Translations under genes and position numbers: made by a program
The notes under the pieces: model-generated
What the model was told of the DNA's origin: nothing
Databases searched by the model: none
Seen by the model: only the letters and a program-made list of their open reading frames with translations
Assembly: GCA_016934735.1 (NCBI GenBank)
Contig: JAFGSG010000025.1
Location: forward strand, 16,371 to 80,370
Origin: Spirochaetota bacterium
Lineage (GTDB): Bacteria; Spirochaetota; UBA4802; JAFGDQ01
DNA: 64,000 nucleotides
Reading direction: 5' to 3'
Part shown: positions 38,726 through 49,054 of the stretch, piece by piece
Layout: each line of letters starts with the position of its first letter
How positions within the stretch are numbered: position 1 is the stretch's first letter

Positions 38726-40255
38726 TTATTTACTAAATTTTGATTTAATAAACAGCTTTTCAAGTTTTGCAGATATGTCTACAGGATTTATAAGAGGCAT
38801 GTCATTGTTATAAATGCTATAACCTAACAGCTCTGCTTTTTTAAATTTTTCGAATATTGGCAGTTTTTTTCGATTGGTTGTTTCAATATGCCTTCCTTTT
38901 TTATCGACAATAATTACTTTCGGCAGGAATACTTTCTTTCTTCCGATAAATTTATCCATAATTTTAACAGCATGGTCAAACTCTTCGCGTGTTGCCCTGC
39001 CTAATGCTTCATATCTGAATATCTTTTTCTGATCCCAGGTATATACATCGGCATAGCTTTCCGATACTTTTTCTTCCAGGTCATCTTTAAGATTCAGCGT
39101 ATCATGCCCTGAAGGCATTAACCATATTTTTCCACCGCCGCCTTCAATATTTGCGGCATATCTTGGAACAGTTACACCGGATATCCATCCCTGTATATGT
39201 TTCATATAAATCTGGCCGATCTGTATTGGTGTAATAAAGTGAACTATGCCTTTTTCTTTATGACACTGTAGCAAATAGTACGGATGTATCCCAATCCAGA
39301 ACATTCTTCTGAATGTTTCAGCCAGGGTTTTATAATAATCGTTGACATGATTCAGCAGTACTGTTTGATTTCTTATCGTAAAACCGTGTCTGCGTATGCG
39401 TTTAACTGCATTGGCCAGATCTTCAGTTATTTCCTGATGATGATTTATATGCGTCATAAAATAAACGTATTTCTCTGCACCATTATTATATTTATTAGAG
39501 GAAATATTTATCAATTCCAGAAGATCATCGGTGATTGCCATCGGCAAAACAACCGGTACCCTTGTGGCTATCCGAATTATCCTTAGATGAGGGACCCTGC
39601 TTAATTCTTCCAAAATATATCTCAATCTATTTTTACTAATTCTCAATGCATCGCCACCCGTAACAAGCACTTCGTCTATATTTTTATTATATGCGATGTA
39701 AAACAATCCTTTATTTATCTCATTGATATTTACATCAACTGTCCCGTCCAAAGATTTTGCTCTCTGGCAATGCACGCAGTACGAGGCACAACTTGTATTC
39801 TGCGCTGCAAAAAGAGCAACCCTGTTCGGATAACGCTGGTAAACAGCGCCAAAGCTTCTTGTACTTTCGCTCATTGCGCCTTCAATACCTGTATCAGGAA
39901 ACAGCAGGTTTGCTGGTGTAGGGACACATTGCCAGAAAATCGGATCAACGCGTTTTTGTGATTTTTCGCCTGGCAGGAGTGCAGGATTAAACGGGTTAGC
40001 GTGCATAAGTGAAGCATAATAAGGAGTAATGCGTAATGGTTCCTTGCCCTGGCTTTTTAAAGTGTTTACAGTCCTTTCAATTTCAGTTCCCTGGTATTTA
40101 TTCAGTTTTATAACTTTTTTCAGCTGCTCTACACTGCGAATTGAATTCTGCAATTGCCAGGTGGCATCATTCCATTGTTCTTTTGTAACATTTTTCCATA
40201 ATCGGATAGAATTATACTGTCTTGGAATATAGTATATTCTGTCTTTAATTTTCAT
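38726..40255 (-). CDS. Radical SAM aminomutase of the lysine 2,3-aminomutase (KamA/EpmB) family with a C-terminal extension
   Basis: CASYCVHCQR (CxxxCxxC), PLP-Lys region and a KAM-family N-terminus (ITPYYASLM); 509 aa. Confidence 0.8.
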   Translation of the reverse strand: MKIKDRIYYIPRQYNSIRLWKNVTKEQWNDATWQLQNSIRSVEQLKKVIKLNKYQGTEIERTVNTLKSQGKEPLRITPYYASLMHANPFNPALLPGEKSQKRVDPIFWQCVPTPANLLFPDTGIEGAMSESTRSFGAVYQRYPNRVALFAAQNTSCASYCVHCQRAKSLDGTVDVNINEINKGLFYIAYNKNIDEVLVTGGDALRISKNRLRYILEELSRVPHLRIIRIATRVPVVLPMAITDDLLELINISSNKYNNGAEKYVYFMTHINHHQEITEDLANAVKRIRRHGFTIRNQTVLLNHVNDYYKTLAETFRRMFWIGIHPYYLLQCHKEKGIVHFITPIQIGQIYMKHIQGWISGVTVPRYAANIEGGGGKIWLMPSGHDTLNLKDDLEEKVSESYADVYTWDQKKIFRYEALGRATREEFDHAVKIMDKFIGRKKVFLPKVIIVDKKGRHIETTNRKKLPIFEKFKKAELLGYSIYNNDMPLINPVDISAKLEKLFIKSKFSK

Positions 40256-40494
40256 AATATTTATAGCCTTTTATGCCCTATCACATATTAATGCATAGAT
40301 ATAATTATCGTTCTTAACGATATCCGTATTTTCAGACCAAGCAACATAGTTATAACACTCAATAATTAAAGGTTCAACTCTTTTTTATAGATTATTTGCA
40401 GAAAATAATAATGGAATAATAAATACTATAGTATTGAAATAATATAATAATTTATATAAAAGAATATTGGATTAGAGGAGTAGAACAAGCAGGT

Positions 40495-41820
40495 TTACAA
40501 AATATTTCTGCCGATACAGTGATATACAAATCCTTTTTCTTTCATCACAGAGGGATCATACTGATTCCTTCCGTCAAATATAACAGGATTCTTTAAAAGG
40601 GATTTTATTTTATCAAAATCAGGTTTTCTGAACTGATGCCACTCCGTTAAAAGCAGAAGTGCATCAGCATTTTTAAGCGTATCATAGGAATTTGAAACAT
40701 AATTAATATTTTTACTTCCCAAAATAGCTTTTGCTGTCCCCATGGCGACCGGATCGTGTGCCTGAATATGTGCACCCATATCTCTTAATTTGTTTATAAT
40801 GTCAATCGACGGGGCTTCACGCATATCGTCAGTCTGTGGTTTAAATGAAAGGCCCCAGACAGCAAATGTTTTTCCTTTAATATAGTTATCAAAATATTTT
40901 ACAACTTTATCAATGAATCGAAATCTCTGTTCCTTATTTACAGTATCAACAGCTAAAAGTATTTTCGCTTCAAGATTTAAATCATTTGATGTCTGAATCA
41001 ATGCCTTTACGTCTTTAGGAAAACATGAGCCGCCGTAACCCAGTCCAGCAAATAAAAAAGCATTACCAATCCTTACATCTGACCCTATTCCTTTTCTTAC
41101 ATTTTCAATATCCGCACCGACTTTTTCACATAAGAGAGATAGTTCATTCATAAATGTTATTCTGGAAGCAAGCATGGCATTAGAAGCGTACTTGGTTAAC
41201 TCAGACGACGGTATATCCATGAATATTATTCTGTCTCCTTTTCTGAAAAATGGAGAATAAAGATCCTTCATTAAAGCAGTTGATTTCTCGCTATCCGTAC
41301 CTATTATAACTCTATCCGGTTTCATAAAATCATCTATAGCGCTGCCTTCTTTTAAAAATTCCGGATTGGATACTATATCAAAATCAACTTGTAAGCCTCT
41401 TTTGTTAATTTCTTCGTTTATCACTTCCCTGACTTTTTTATATGTACTGACAGGCACTGTCGATTTATTTACAATAACGGTGTATCTTTCAATCTTTTTG
41501 CCTATATCTCGAGCAGCATTGAGCACATACTGTAAATCAGCTGAGCCGTTTTCATCCTGTGGAGTCCCGACTGCGATAAATATAAATTTGGATTCATTTA
41601 TTCCTTTGTTAATATCAGTTGTAAAATTCAGTCTTCCTTCAGATAAATTTCTTTCTATCATTTCACCCAGACCGGGCTCGTATATCGGGACAAGTCCTTT
41701 TTTTAAGTTTTTTATTTTTTTTTCATCAATGTCTACGCATAAAACATCGTTGCCCATTTCCGAGAAACACGTACCTGTCACAAGGCCGACGTAACCGCAG
41801 CCGATAATCATAATCTTCAT
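40495..41820 (-). CDS. ugd: UDP-glucose/GDP-mannose 6-dehydrogenase family protein
   Basis: N-terminal Rossmann MKIMIIGCGYVGLVTG and catalytic GGSCFPKD. Confidence 0.85.
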   Translation of the reverse strand: MKIMIIGCGYVGLVTGTCFSEMGNDVLCVDIDEKKIKNLKKGLVPIYEPGLGEMIERNLSEGRLNFTTDINKGINESKFIFIAVGTPQDENGSADLQYVLNAARDIGKKIERYTVIVNKSTVPVSTYKKVREVINEEINKRGLQVDFDIVSNPEFLKEGSAIDDFMKPDRVIIGTDSEKSTALMKDLYSPFFRKGDRIIFMDIPSSELTKYASNAMLASRITFMNELSLLCEKVGADIENVRKGIGSDVRIGNAFLFAGLGYGGSCFPKDVKALIQTSNDLNLEAKILLAVDTVNKEQRFRFIDKVVKYFDNYIKGKTFAVWGLSFKPQTDDMREAPSIDIINKLRDMGAHIQAHDPVAMGTAKAILGSKNINYVSNSYDTLKNADALLLLTEWHQFRKPDFDKIKSLLKNPVIFDGRNQYDPSVMKEKGFVYHCIGRNIL

Positions 41821-41833
41821 AAAATCCTCTAAT

Positions 41834-42892
41834 CTATTTTAATTTTCTTATTATATTTTTAGCTCTGTCATTAGCGGGATCAATCTTCAAAGCGCGTTCA
41901 GCATACGAAACGGCCTTTAATTTATTGTCATGTTTATCATACAATTCGGCAAGAGCCAAATATGCTTCAATATTTTTCCCATCAAGTGTTATTACTCTAA
42001 GCAGATGATCCCTGGCCATAAGATCCGAAGGTTCAGCATTTCTGTAATAAAAGATACCCAGAAAATAATTTACATCAACTGAGTCAGGATAAATATTAAG
42101 CGCTTTTTTACAGTATTCAATGCCATTATTTATGTATTTTTCCCGTAGAGCTGAAGTAGTTTTTATATAATATGCCTGTTTAAACCTTACTTCACTTAAA
42201 CCCCTGTAAAGATAATATCTGTCCTCATTATCGTAAAGCCTTCTTTCATACTTTTCCGCCTCTTTGAATTTGCTGTACGCATATTCAAGCATATCGTCGT
42301 CTAAATATAAATAACCGAGAGACAAATGCGCTTCCGGATTATTTTTATCACCTTGTAGGGCTTCTTTATAGAAACTGATTGCTTTGCCTGTTTCACCTAT
42401 TTCCCGGTGTATATCGCCTTTGCTTTTATACACGGAAGCATTTTTTAACTGAACATTTTCAACAACTCTCTTCACAACCCTATCACCTGTATTTACCAGC
42501 CGTAATTTACCTTTGCCAACAATTAAATAACCGAAAGTCTGTGTTTTAAAAAGAGAGGAAACAACAATTTTTCCGTTTATCAGATTATTTTCGTCAATTA
42601 TATATAAAACATCGCCTATCGATATTCCGATATTGTTATAAAGCCGTGCTGACGCGCTAGTGTAATCCTCTGCCTTATCCGATACATTTGTATCTACTTT
42701 TAAATCCGCACTCAATATAGTAACTTTACCTTTTAATTCTACCTTCCAGCCTATAGCGTCTCCTTTTGTATAATAGGCTTGTAAATATTTTTGGCTTTCA
42801 GGTAAAATCATTTCCGCGGAATCTGACCAATACGGAATAGCAGAGATAATAATTATGATAATAAGTGATTTCATTATATTTTGATATTTCAT
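41834..42892 (-). CDS. Secreted tetratricopeptide-repeat protein
   Basis: Signal peptide followed by multiple TPR-like repeats (AISFYKEAL...; ALNIYPDS...; ALKIDPAN). Confidence 0.6.
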   Translation of the reverse strand: MKYQNIMKSLIIIIIISAIPYWSDSAEMILPESQKYLQAYYTKGDAIGWKVELKGKVTILSADLKVDTNVSDKAEDYTSASARLYNNIGISIGDVLYIIDENNLINGKIVVSSLFKTQTFGYLIVGKGKLRLVNTGDRVVKRVVENVQLKNASVYKSKGDIHREIGETGKAISFYKEALQGDKNNPEAHLSLGYLYLDDDMLEYAYSKFKEAEKYERRLYDNEDRYYLYRGLSEVRFKQAYYIKTTSALREKYINNGIEYCKKALNIYPDSVDVNYFLGIFYYRNAEPSDLMARDHLLRVITLDGKNIEAYLALAELYDKHDNKLKAVSYAERALKIDPANDRAKNIIRKLK

Positions 42893-44052
42893 TATTTAAG
42901 GAACCTGTAAGGATTTAACGGAGTAACAAATTTTCTGATTTCAAAATGCAGATGGGGCCCTGTTACTGCCCCGGACATTCCGGATGAAGCAATAATTTCG
43001 CCTTTTTGAACCCTTTCTCCGGCAGAAATCAGATTCTCTTTGTTATGAGCGTATACGCTGATTAATCCGTCTTTATGCTTTAATATTACTACTCTGCCAT
43101 AGCCTTTTTTCCAGCCGCAGAAAATCGCTTCTCCGTCTGCCGACGCTTTTACAGGTGTGCCTATGTCCGCGCGGATGTCAATACCGCAATGAAACTTTAA
43201 TTTATTGTTTATCGGATTACGTCTTTTACCGAAAGCTGATGTTATTTCTCCCTTAAGTGGCCAAATGAATTCAGGTTTAGACTTATCTTTGTAATTATAA
43301 TTTTGCGAATTTTCCTGATGATCAGATATCTTACTATAGGAATTGTTTGAATTCAATTTTTTATTTGAATAAGTAACACTTGTCCGGGTGGACGAATGTT
43401 TTGTAACCTTTTCCTCGTATTCCACTGCGTCCGGAATGAATAAATATTTTCCTTCTTTAATGAGATTATTTTTAATATTATTATGAGCTGTAATTATTTC
43501 TATTTTTACTTTATATCTTTTTGACAGGGATCCAAGAGTATCATATTTGACTATCTTATGCTCTATCCCCATTGTGTTAGGAATTAAAATTGTTCTTCCA
43601 TGATTCAATCTGTCAGGATTCTTGATTTCATTTGCTTTAATTATTAATTTATAATCTGTATCATACTTCTTTGCTAATGTCCATAGATTTTCGCCTTTTT
43701 TAATCTTATGCAGCGTAAGATGCCATTTATCATCCTGCTTCTGTAGATTTTTTATTATGCTTTCATTTTTTGAAATATTTTTTTTCCATTTAATCCCATT
43801 GAATGAATCATCATAAATAATAGCACCTTCCGGGTTATCAGTGTCGGAATCAAACCATGGAATGTCACTACCTGCTTCGATTCCCTTAATTATAATAGCA
43901 TTCTCAATATCTGCGAGCACATCAGTATCTAATGCTCCCGGATAACCATTACTTGCGGCAAAATTTGTTTTATAAAAAAAAATAATAAGAGCTATTGCAG
44001 GAAAGATAAATAATAACTTTAAATGTTTCATAATATTAATAAAATCGGACAA
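42892..44052 (-). CDS. LysM-domain M23 family peptidoglycan metalloendopeptidase
   Basis: Two LysM-like segments and the M23 motifs HCGIDIRADIGTPV and VYAHN. Confidence 0.85.
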   Translation of the reverse strand: MSDFINIMKHLKLLFIFPAIALIIFFYKTNFAASNGYPGALDTDVLADIENAIIIKGIEAGSDIPWFDSDTDNPEGAIIYDDSFNGIKWKKNISKNESIIKNLQKQDDKWHLTLHKIKKGENLWTLAKKYDTDYKLIIKANEIKNPDRLNHGRTILIPNTMGIEHKIVKYDTLGSLSKRYKVKIEIITAHNNIKNNLIKEGKYLFIPDAVEYEEKVTKHSSTRTSVTYSNKKLNSNNSYSKISDHQENSQNYNYKDKSKPEFIWPLKGEITSAFGKRRNPINNKLKFHCGIDIRADIGTPVKASADGEAIFCGWKKGYGRVVILKHKDGLISVYAHNKENLISAGERVQKGEIIASSGMSGAVTGPHLHFEIRKFVTPLNPYRFLK

Positions 44053-44066
44053 CCGCTGCTTTTTCT

Positions 44067-45188
44067 TTATCCAATTAGAGTTGTCATATTATTATATATT
44101 CCGATTATTTTCTGCTTTAATTCATGAGTCCCTGTGTTTTTAAGTGCTGAGCCGGTTACTGCATTAGTATATTTTTCCAAAACTACGTTAACATTGCCGG
44201 AGGAACTATCTGCTTTATTAAAAAAAAGTATTATTGGTTTATTATTGCTTTGAAGAACTGAAAGTTCCTTATCAACTATATTAATTTTTTTTTCAATATC
44301 ATGGGATGTTATATCTATAACATGAATTAAAAAATCCGCATTTACAATTTCTTCAAGTGTTGATTTGAATGATTCAAGAAGATTCGCCGGTAAATTCCGT
44401 ATGAATCCAACCGTATCTGTCAGTAGTACTTTTTTATCTGCATCCAGAAATACAACTCTTGTATAGGAATCGAGAGTGGCAAAAAGCCTGTCCTCCACAA
44501 ACAGATCGTCCCTTGCAAGATTATTGATAAGTGTCGATTTCCCTGCGTTAGTATAACCGACAACCGCGCCTTTTAACATGCCTGATCTGGATTTTCTTAT
44601 AAGATTCCTGTGATTTGATATCTCTTTAAGCTTTTTATCAAGCTTTGATATTCTTTTGAGAATATGCCTTCTGTCAGTTTCAAGCATTTTCTCGCCTGGA
44701 CCGCGTGTTCCGATTCCTGCTCCGGTCTGTGATAATGCATCTCCAAGCCCCTTTAACCTTGGCAAAATATATTTCAGCTGGGCAAGCTCGACCTGAATGC
44801 TCGCCTCTTTGCTCCTTGCCCTTTTAGCAAAAATATCAAGAATTATTTCAGTTCTGCATACAACACGGCATTTTAAGCGCTCTTCAAGATTCCTTACCTG
44901 GGCGGGTCTCAGCTGATTGATATCAAAAACGATCAGTGTAATTTTTTTATCTTTTACTGTATTTTTAATTATTTCAAGATGGCCGGATCCGATAATAAAG
45001 GCAGGGTCGATCCTATCTCTTCTTATTACCGCGGTATCGGTTATGACCGCCCCAGCGGTTTTAACCAGTAATTTTAATTCATTAAGCGAATCGTTCAGCT
45101 CTTCCGTATTTTCATTTTTCAGGCGTAAACTGATTAAAAATGCTCTATCATCTGCGGATGACTTAATCCTATTTACCGAAGCATCCAT
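44067..45188 (-). CDS. hflX: GTPase HflX
   Basis: HflX N-domain then G-domain GYTNAGKSTL, DTVGF and NKAD. Confidence 0.85.
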   Translation of the reverse strand: MDASVNRIKSSADDRAFLISLRLKNENTEELNDSLNELKLLVKTAGAVITDTAVIRRDRIDPAFIIGSGHLEIIKNTVKDKKITLIVFDINQLRPAQVRNLEERLKCRVVCRTEIILDIFAKRARSKEASIQVELAQLKYILPRLKGLGDALSQTGAGIGTRGPGEKMLETDRRHILKRISKLDKKLKEISNHRNLIRKSRSGMLKGAVVGYTNAGKSTLINNLARDDLFVEDRLFATLDSYTRVVFLDADKKVLLTDTVGFIRNLPANLLESFKSTLEEIVNADFLIHVIDITSHDIEKKINIVDKELSVLQSNNKPIILFFNKADSSSGNVNVVLEKYTNAVTGSALKNTGTHELKQKIIGIYNNMTTLIG

Positions 45189-45666
45189 TAAAAATAACCT
45201 TAGAGCCTTCCGAAATATTATTCTTTTTAAACCAGTCTTTATTCACTTCAAGAGCATACATGGCAGGCTGCCGGGATGGATACCTGACTGATGTATCAAG
45301 AGGCCGCATATAATGAATATCATTTATTATATCCTGACGATTTATGTAGGCAATGTTAAGCGGAATGTATGTATTCATCATCCAGAATTCGCGTATTGCT
45401 TCATTTTCAAATATAAAAAGCATCCCTGAATTCTCATCAAGATTATAACGAAACATAAGCCCTTTTGATCGGGTTTCGTCAGTATCGGCAATTTCAACCA
45501 GTAATTTTATTTTATCGTTTTGATTATTAATAATAAAAATATTACAAAACTTATTTTCTGCCGTTATATTATCCTTCGAACAATATAATCCAGAAAAAAT
45601 CAAAAAACAAATAAAAAATATTTTTATAAAGGATAGTCCGGTTCTAAAATTCATCATTGTATTCAA
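45169..45666 (-). CDS. DUF192 (COG1430) family secreted protein
   Basis: Signal/TM N-terminus and the DUF192 core TRSKGLMFR...GMLFIF...FWMMNTYIPLNIAY. Confidence 0.6.
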   Translation of the reverse strand: MNTMMNFRTGLSFIKIFFICFLIFSGLYCSKDNITAENKFCNIFIINNQNDKIKLLVEIADTDETRSKGLMFRYNLDENSGMLFIFENEAIREFWMMNTYIPLNIAYINRQDIINDIHYMRPLDTSVRYPSRQPAMYALEVNKDWFKKNNISEGSKVIFNGCFGK

Positions 45667-46390
45667 TTCGCAGCACCCTGTTTGAACGTGATTTTTTCTG
45701 CATCAGCAGATCGAATTCCACACCGATGCGGTTCAGATAGCTGTATTTTAATCCGACATTCAGCATCCACTCTTCTCGTCTCGAAAGATCATGATATATA
45801 CGATCTCCTTCAGCTTTAAAAATAACCGAGTTCCCGATCGGTATGTCAAAAGAAACGAAGTAGGATGAATCTTCCGGCACATAATAAGGCTGAAGCGGTA
45901 CCCGGAAACCGAAATGCAGATGCTGTTCTTCGTCAAGAAGATAGATAGGTTTCGTCACAACAATGTACGGGCCGTATATCATTCTGTTTAATTTGTTTTC
46001 ATTATTGTAGGTTTTACCTTCCTGTCCTATATAAAATGAATCGTAACCGATCGCTACGGATATCGGGAATCTTTCAAGACCGTCGGTGAATTTAATCTTT
46101 GCAATCACACCTGGGGCATGCGGTTCCGGTTCTTCTTTGCCTATAGCGCTTTGTATGTCAAAGGAAGCCCCAAGATAAAAGTTGTCATGAAGGCCCATGA
46201 ATGCCTTAAGCTCAACCCCGCCCCTGTCATAAGCAAGAAATGTAAAATTATACATTCCTTTTTCGAGGGTATACGCAGTCGGAGTGTCGATCACATAATT
46301 AATTCTGCCGTAAAATTGTGTAAATCCTCTGCCTTGAAATAATGTAAGCATTACAGCTAAAAGAATAAGGATATTTATCTTTTTTATCAT
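45644..46390 (-). CDS. Putative outer-membrane beta-barrel protein (hypothetical)
   Basis: Signal peptide, alternating amphipathic beta-strand pattern, C-terminal aromatic residue (…YNDEF). Confidence 0.45.
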   Translation of the reverse strand: MIKKINILILLAVMLTLFQGRGFTQFYGRINYVIDTPTAYTLEKGMYNFTFLAYDRGGVELKAFMGLHDNFYLGASFDIQSAIGKEEPEPHAPGVIAKIKFTDGLERFPISVAIGYDSFYIGQEGKTYNNENKLNRMIYGPYIVVTKPIYLLDEEQHLHFGFRVPLQPYYVPEDSSYFVSFDIPIGNSVIFKAEGDRIYHDLSRREEWMLNVGLKYSYLNRIGVEFDLLMQKKSRSNRVLRIEYNDEF

Positions 46391-46500
46391 AAATTGCCTT
46401 TTATGTTGTGATTTAACTATGTCATCTGTTTTAAATATCGGAATTATACTGTTCTAAAAAATAAAAAAATCCTGTATGTCCGGTCAATTACTTAAAAATA

Positions 46501-46539
46501 AAAACAGACGGGAACGTTTTAATAAATCCCGTCTGTTTT
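46501..46539. terminator. Rho-independent terminator downstream of nfnB
   Basis: Perfect 13-bp stem AAAACAGACGGGA / TCCCGTCTGTTTT, 13-nt loop, A/T runs on both sides. Confidence 0.7.
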
Positions 46540-46564
46540 AAATTATTTGTCTGTAGAAAATATA

Positions 46565-47989
46565 TCAGGACTTTAACATATCATCTATTGCTTTAGCGGC
46601 TTTTTTTCCGGCTCCCATGGCAAGTATAACAGTGGCCGCGCCGGTTACAACATCTCCGCCTGCGAACACTTTTGACTTTGTTGTCAGGCCGCTCCCTTCC
46701 TCCGCGATAATTGTACCATATTTGGTTGTTTTAATATCCGGTGTTGTTGAAGGTATTAGAGGATTTGGTGTATTTCCGATCGCAACAACAACAGTATCCA
46801 CATCCAGTATAAACTCCGATCCCTTAACCGGTACAGGACGTCTGCGGCCTGATTCATCAGGCTCGCCCAGTTCCATTTTCTGGCACTCTATGCCTTTTAC
46901 AAAGCCATTTTCGTCGCCGATTATCCTTGTCGGAAGTGTCAGAATCTTAAAGTTAATACCTTCCTGCTCAGCATGATGAACTTCTGCGATACGCGCGGGT
47001 AGTTCATTCATGGAACGCCTGTATACAATGTACGATTCATCTGCACCTAGGCGCAAGGCGGTACGGGCAGAATCCATCGCAACATTTCCACCGCCAATTG
47101 TTGCAACGCGCTTGCCCTTAATGATCGGGGTATCATATTCAGGAAACTTATATGCTTTCATAAGATTCGAGCGTGTAAGATACTCATTTGCTGAAAATAC
47201 GCCGTTAAGATTTTCACCCGGTATATTCAGGAACATAGGAGCTCCTGCTCCGGAACCTACAAATATAGCATCATAGCCGTCGGCAAAAAGTTCGTCAACA
47301 GTGCGTGTGTTCCCTACAATGTAATTATTTACGATCTTTATACCCATCTTGCTTAAATAGTCTACCTCAGACTGGACAATGCTTTTTGGAAGACGGAATT
47401 CAGGAATGCCGTAAACCAACACACCCCCTGATTTATGCAGTGCTTCAAATACCGTAACCTCATGGCCGAACTTTCTTAGCTCACCTGCTACCGTAAGTCC
47501 TGCCGGCCCTGAACCTACAACCGCAACCCGCTTATGTGTTGCATCCTTGATCTGCGGCACGGTCACTTCCTTGTGTTCTCTCTCCCAGTCTGCAGCAAAT
47601 CTCTCAAGGTTCCCTATAGCTACCGGTTTATCCTTGCCTTTTGCCCCGAGAATGCAATTGCCCTCACATTGAGCTTCCTGCGGGCAAACCCTTCCGCATA
47701 CCGCAGGCAAAGCGTTCTCCTCTTTTATCTTTCTTGCAGCTTCAGTGAATTTTCCTTCAGCAATTAATTTGATGAATGCCGGTATATTGATATTAACAGG
47801 ACAGCCCTCTACACAACTGGGTCTTTTGCACTGTAGACATCTTTGCGCTTCTTTCTGTGCAAGCTCCGGTGTGTAACCGAAGGGAACTTCGTCGAAATTT
47901 CTTTTCCTTACATCGGGTTTTTGTTCAGGCATATCCTGTCTTGCAATTTTTTCTTTTTTAGCCTTATGTTCTTTTTGTTCTGCAGCCAT
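46565..47989 (-). CDS. nfnB: NADH-dependent reduced ferredoxin:NADP+ oxidoreductase large subunit (GltD/SudA-like)
   Basis: N-terminal Cys clusters (CLQCKRPSCVEGCP; CGRVCP), two Rossmann folds VAVVGSGPAGL and IGGGNVAMD. Confidence 0.8.
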   Translation of the reverse strand: MAAEQKEHKAKKEKIARQDMPEQKPDVRKRNFDEVPFGYTPELAQKEAQRCLQCKRPSCVEGCPVNINIPAFIKLIAEGKFTEAARKIKEENALPAVCGRVCPQEAQCEGNCILGAKGKDKPVAIGNLERFAADWEREHKEVTVPQIKDATHKRVAVVGSGPAGLTVAGELRKFGHEVTVFEALHKSGGVLVYGIPEFRLPKSIVQSEVDYLSKMGIKIVNNYIVGNTRTVDELFADGYDAIFVGSGAGAPMFLNIPGENLNGVFSANEYLTRSNLMKAYKFPEYDTPIIKGKRVATIGGGNVAMDSARTALRLGADESYIVYRRSMNELPARIAEVHHAEQEGINFKILTLPTRIIGDENGFVKGIECQKMELGEPDESGRRRPVPVKGSEFILDVDTVVVAIGNTPNPLIPSTTPDIKTTKYGTIIAEEGSGLTTKSKVFAGGDVVTGAATVILAMGAGKKAAKAIDDMLKS

Positions 47990-48029
47990 TTATGATCTCC
48001 TGATAAAATATAATTTTCTTTGCCGTGAT

Positions 48030-48848
48030 CTAACCGAAAATCTTACATGATTCTTTTTCCTGATGATTATACACTTTTAGCCTCTGACCGAGATTATCAA
48101 AATCTACCTGATGGGCGTCAAACTCCGGGCCGTCGACACAAGCAAATTTTGTCTGATTATTGACCGTTACTCTGCATCCGCCACACATGCCGGTACCATC
48201 AATCATGATGGGATTTAAACTTACGATAGTTTTAATGCCAAGAGGACGTGTTGCATTCGCAACAGCCTTCATCATAGGAAGAGGGCCAATAGCATAAATA
48301 ATATCCGGTTTGATCCCTTCATCTATTATCTGCTTTAAAACATCGGTAACAAAACCATTTACACCGAAACTGCCATCGTCTGTAGCAACAATAAGACGAT
48401 TGCTTATTTTCTCCATTTCATCTGTTAAAATAAGCAGGTTTTTTGTGCGTGCGCCTATGATAGAAATAAGATTGTTTCCAGCCTCTTTAAGTCCCTTCGC
48501 TATTGGATATATAACCGCAGTACCTACTCCGCCTCCGATAGCGACTGCCGTGCCGAAATTTTTGATATGGGTTGCCGTACCCAGCGGGCCTGCAAGATCA
48601 GCTATTTTATCACCTTCGTGGAGATCTCTTAGCTGCATAGTCGTTTTTCCTACTACCTGGAAAATGATCGTGATTGTCCCTGCATCAGGGTCTGAATCCG
48701 CGATTGTAAGCGGAATCCGTTCTCCCTGTTCATTTACACGAAGAATAATAAATTGTCCAGGCTTTCTTTTTTTAGCGATTTCAGGAGCCTCAAGCTCCAT
48801 CAGTACAACCTCTGCCGCCAAATCTTTCCTTTTAACTATCTTTGCCAT
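48030..48848 (-). CDS. nfnA: NfnA / PyrK-like FAD-NAD(P) reductase subunit with C-terminal [2Fe-2S]
   Basis: FNR-like fold (RPLTIADSD; GGGVGTA) and C-terminal GTGMCGGCRV cluster motif; immediately upstream of the gltD-like gene. Confidence 0.8.
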   Translation of the reverse strand: MAKIVKRKDLAAEVVLMELEAPEIAKKRKPGQFIILRVNEQGERIPLTIADSDPDAGTITIIFQVVGKTTMQLRDLHEGDKIADLAGPLGTATHIKNFGTAVAIGGGVGTAVIYPIAKGLKEAGNNLISIIGARTKNLLILTDEMEKISNRLIVATDDGSFGVNGFVTDVLKQIIDEGIKPDIIYAIGPLPMMKAVANATRPLGIKTIVSLNPIMIDGTGMCGGCRVTVNNQTKFACVDGPEFDAHQVDFDNLGQRLKVYNHQEKESCKIFG

Positions 48849-49054
48849 GATTTCTATCCTTAAAATATATATTTCAAAAAATATTCTTTAATAAAATAAT
48901 GCATAGGAATTCAATTTCGAAAAATTAATATTTTTAATCAATCTTTTTTTATAAAAAAATTAAAAAAGAGTATAATACAATGATTTATTGTTGTTGCAAT
49001 TTATCCGCCATGTTTGCTTATTCTATGTAACAATGCGGAGCTAAGATTAGAATT

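Noticed and set aside
48310-48891. 193-aa plus-strand ORF antisense to nfnA
   Set aside because: It is antisense to a strongly supported gene. Its translation is Ser/Ile/Pro-rich low complexity with no motifs, as expected for the reverse frame of a GC-richer coding region.
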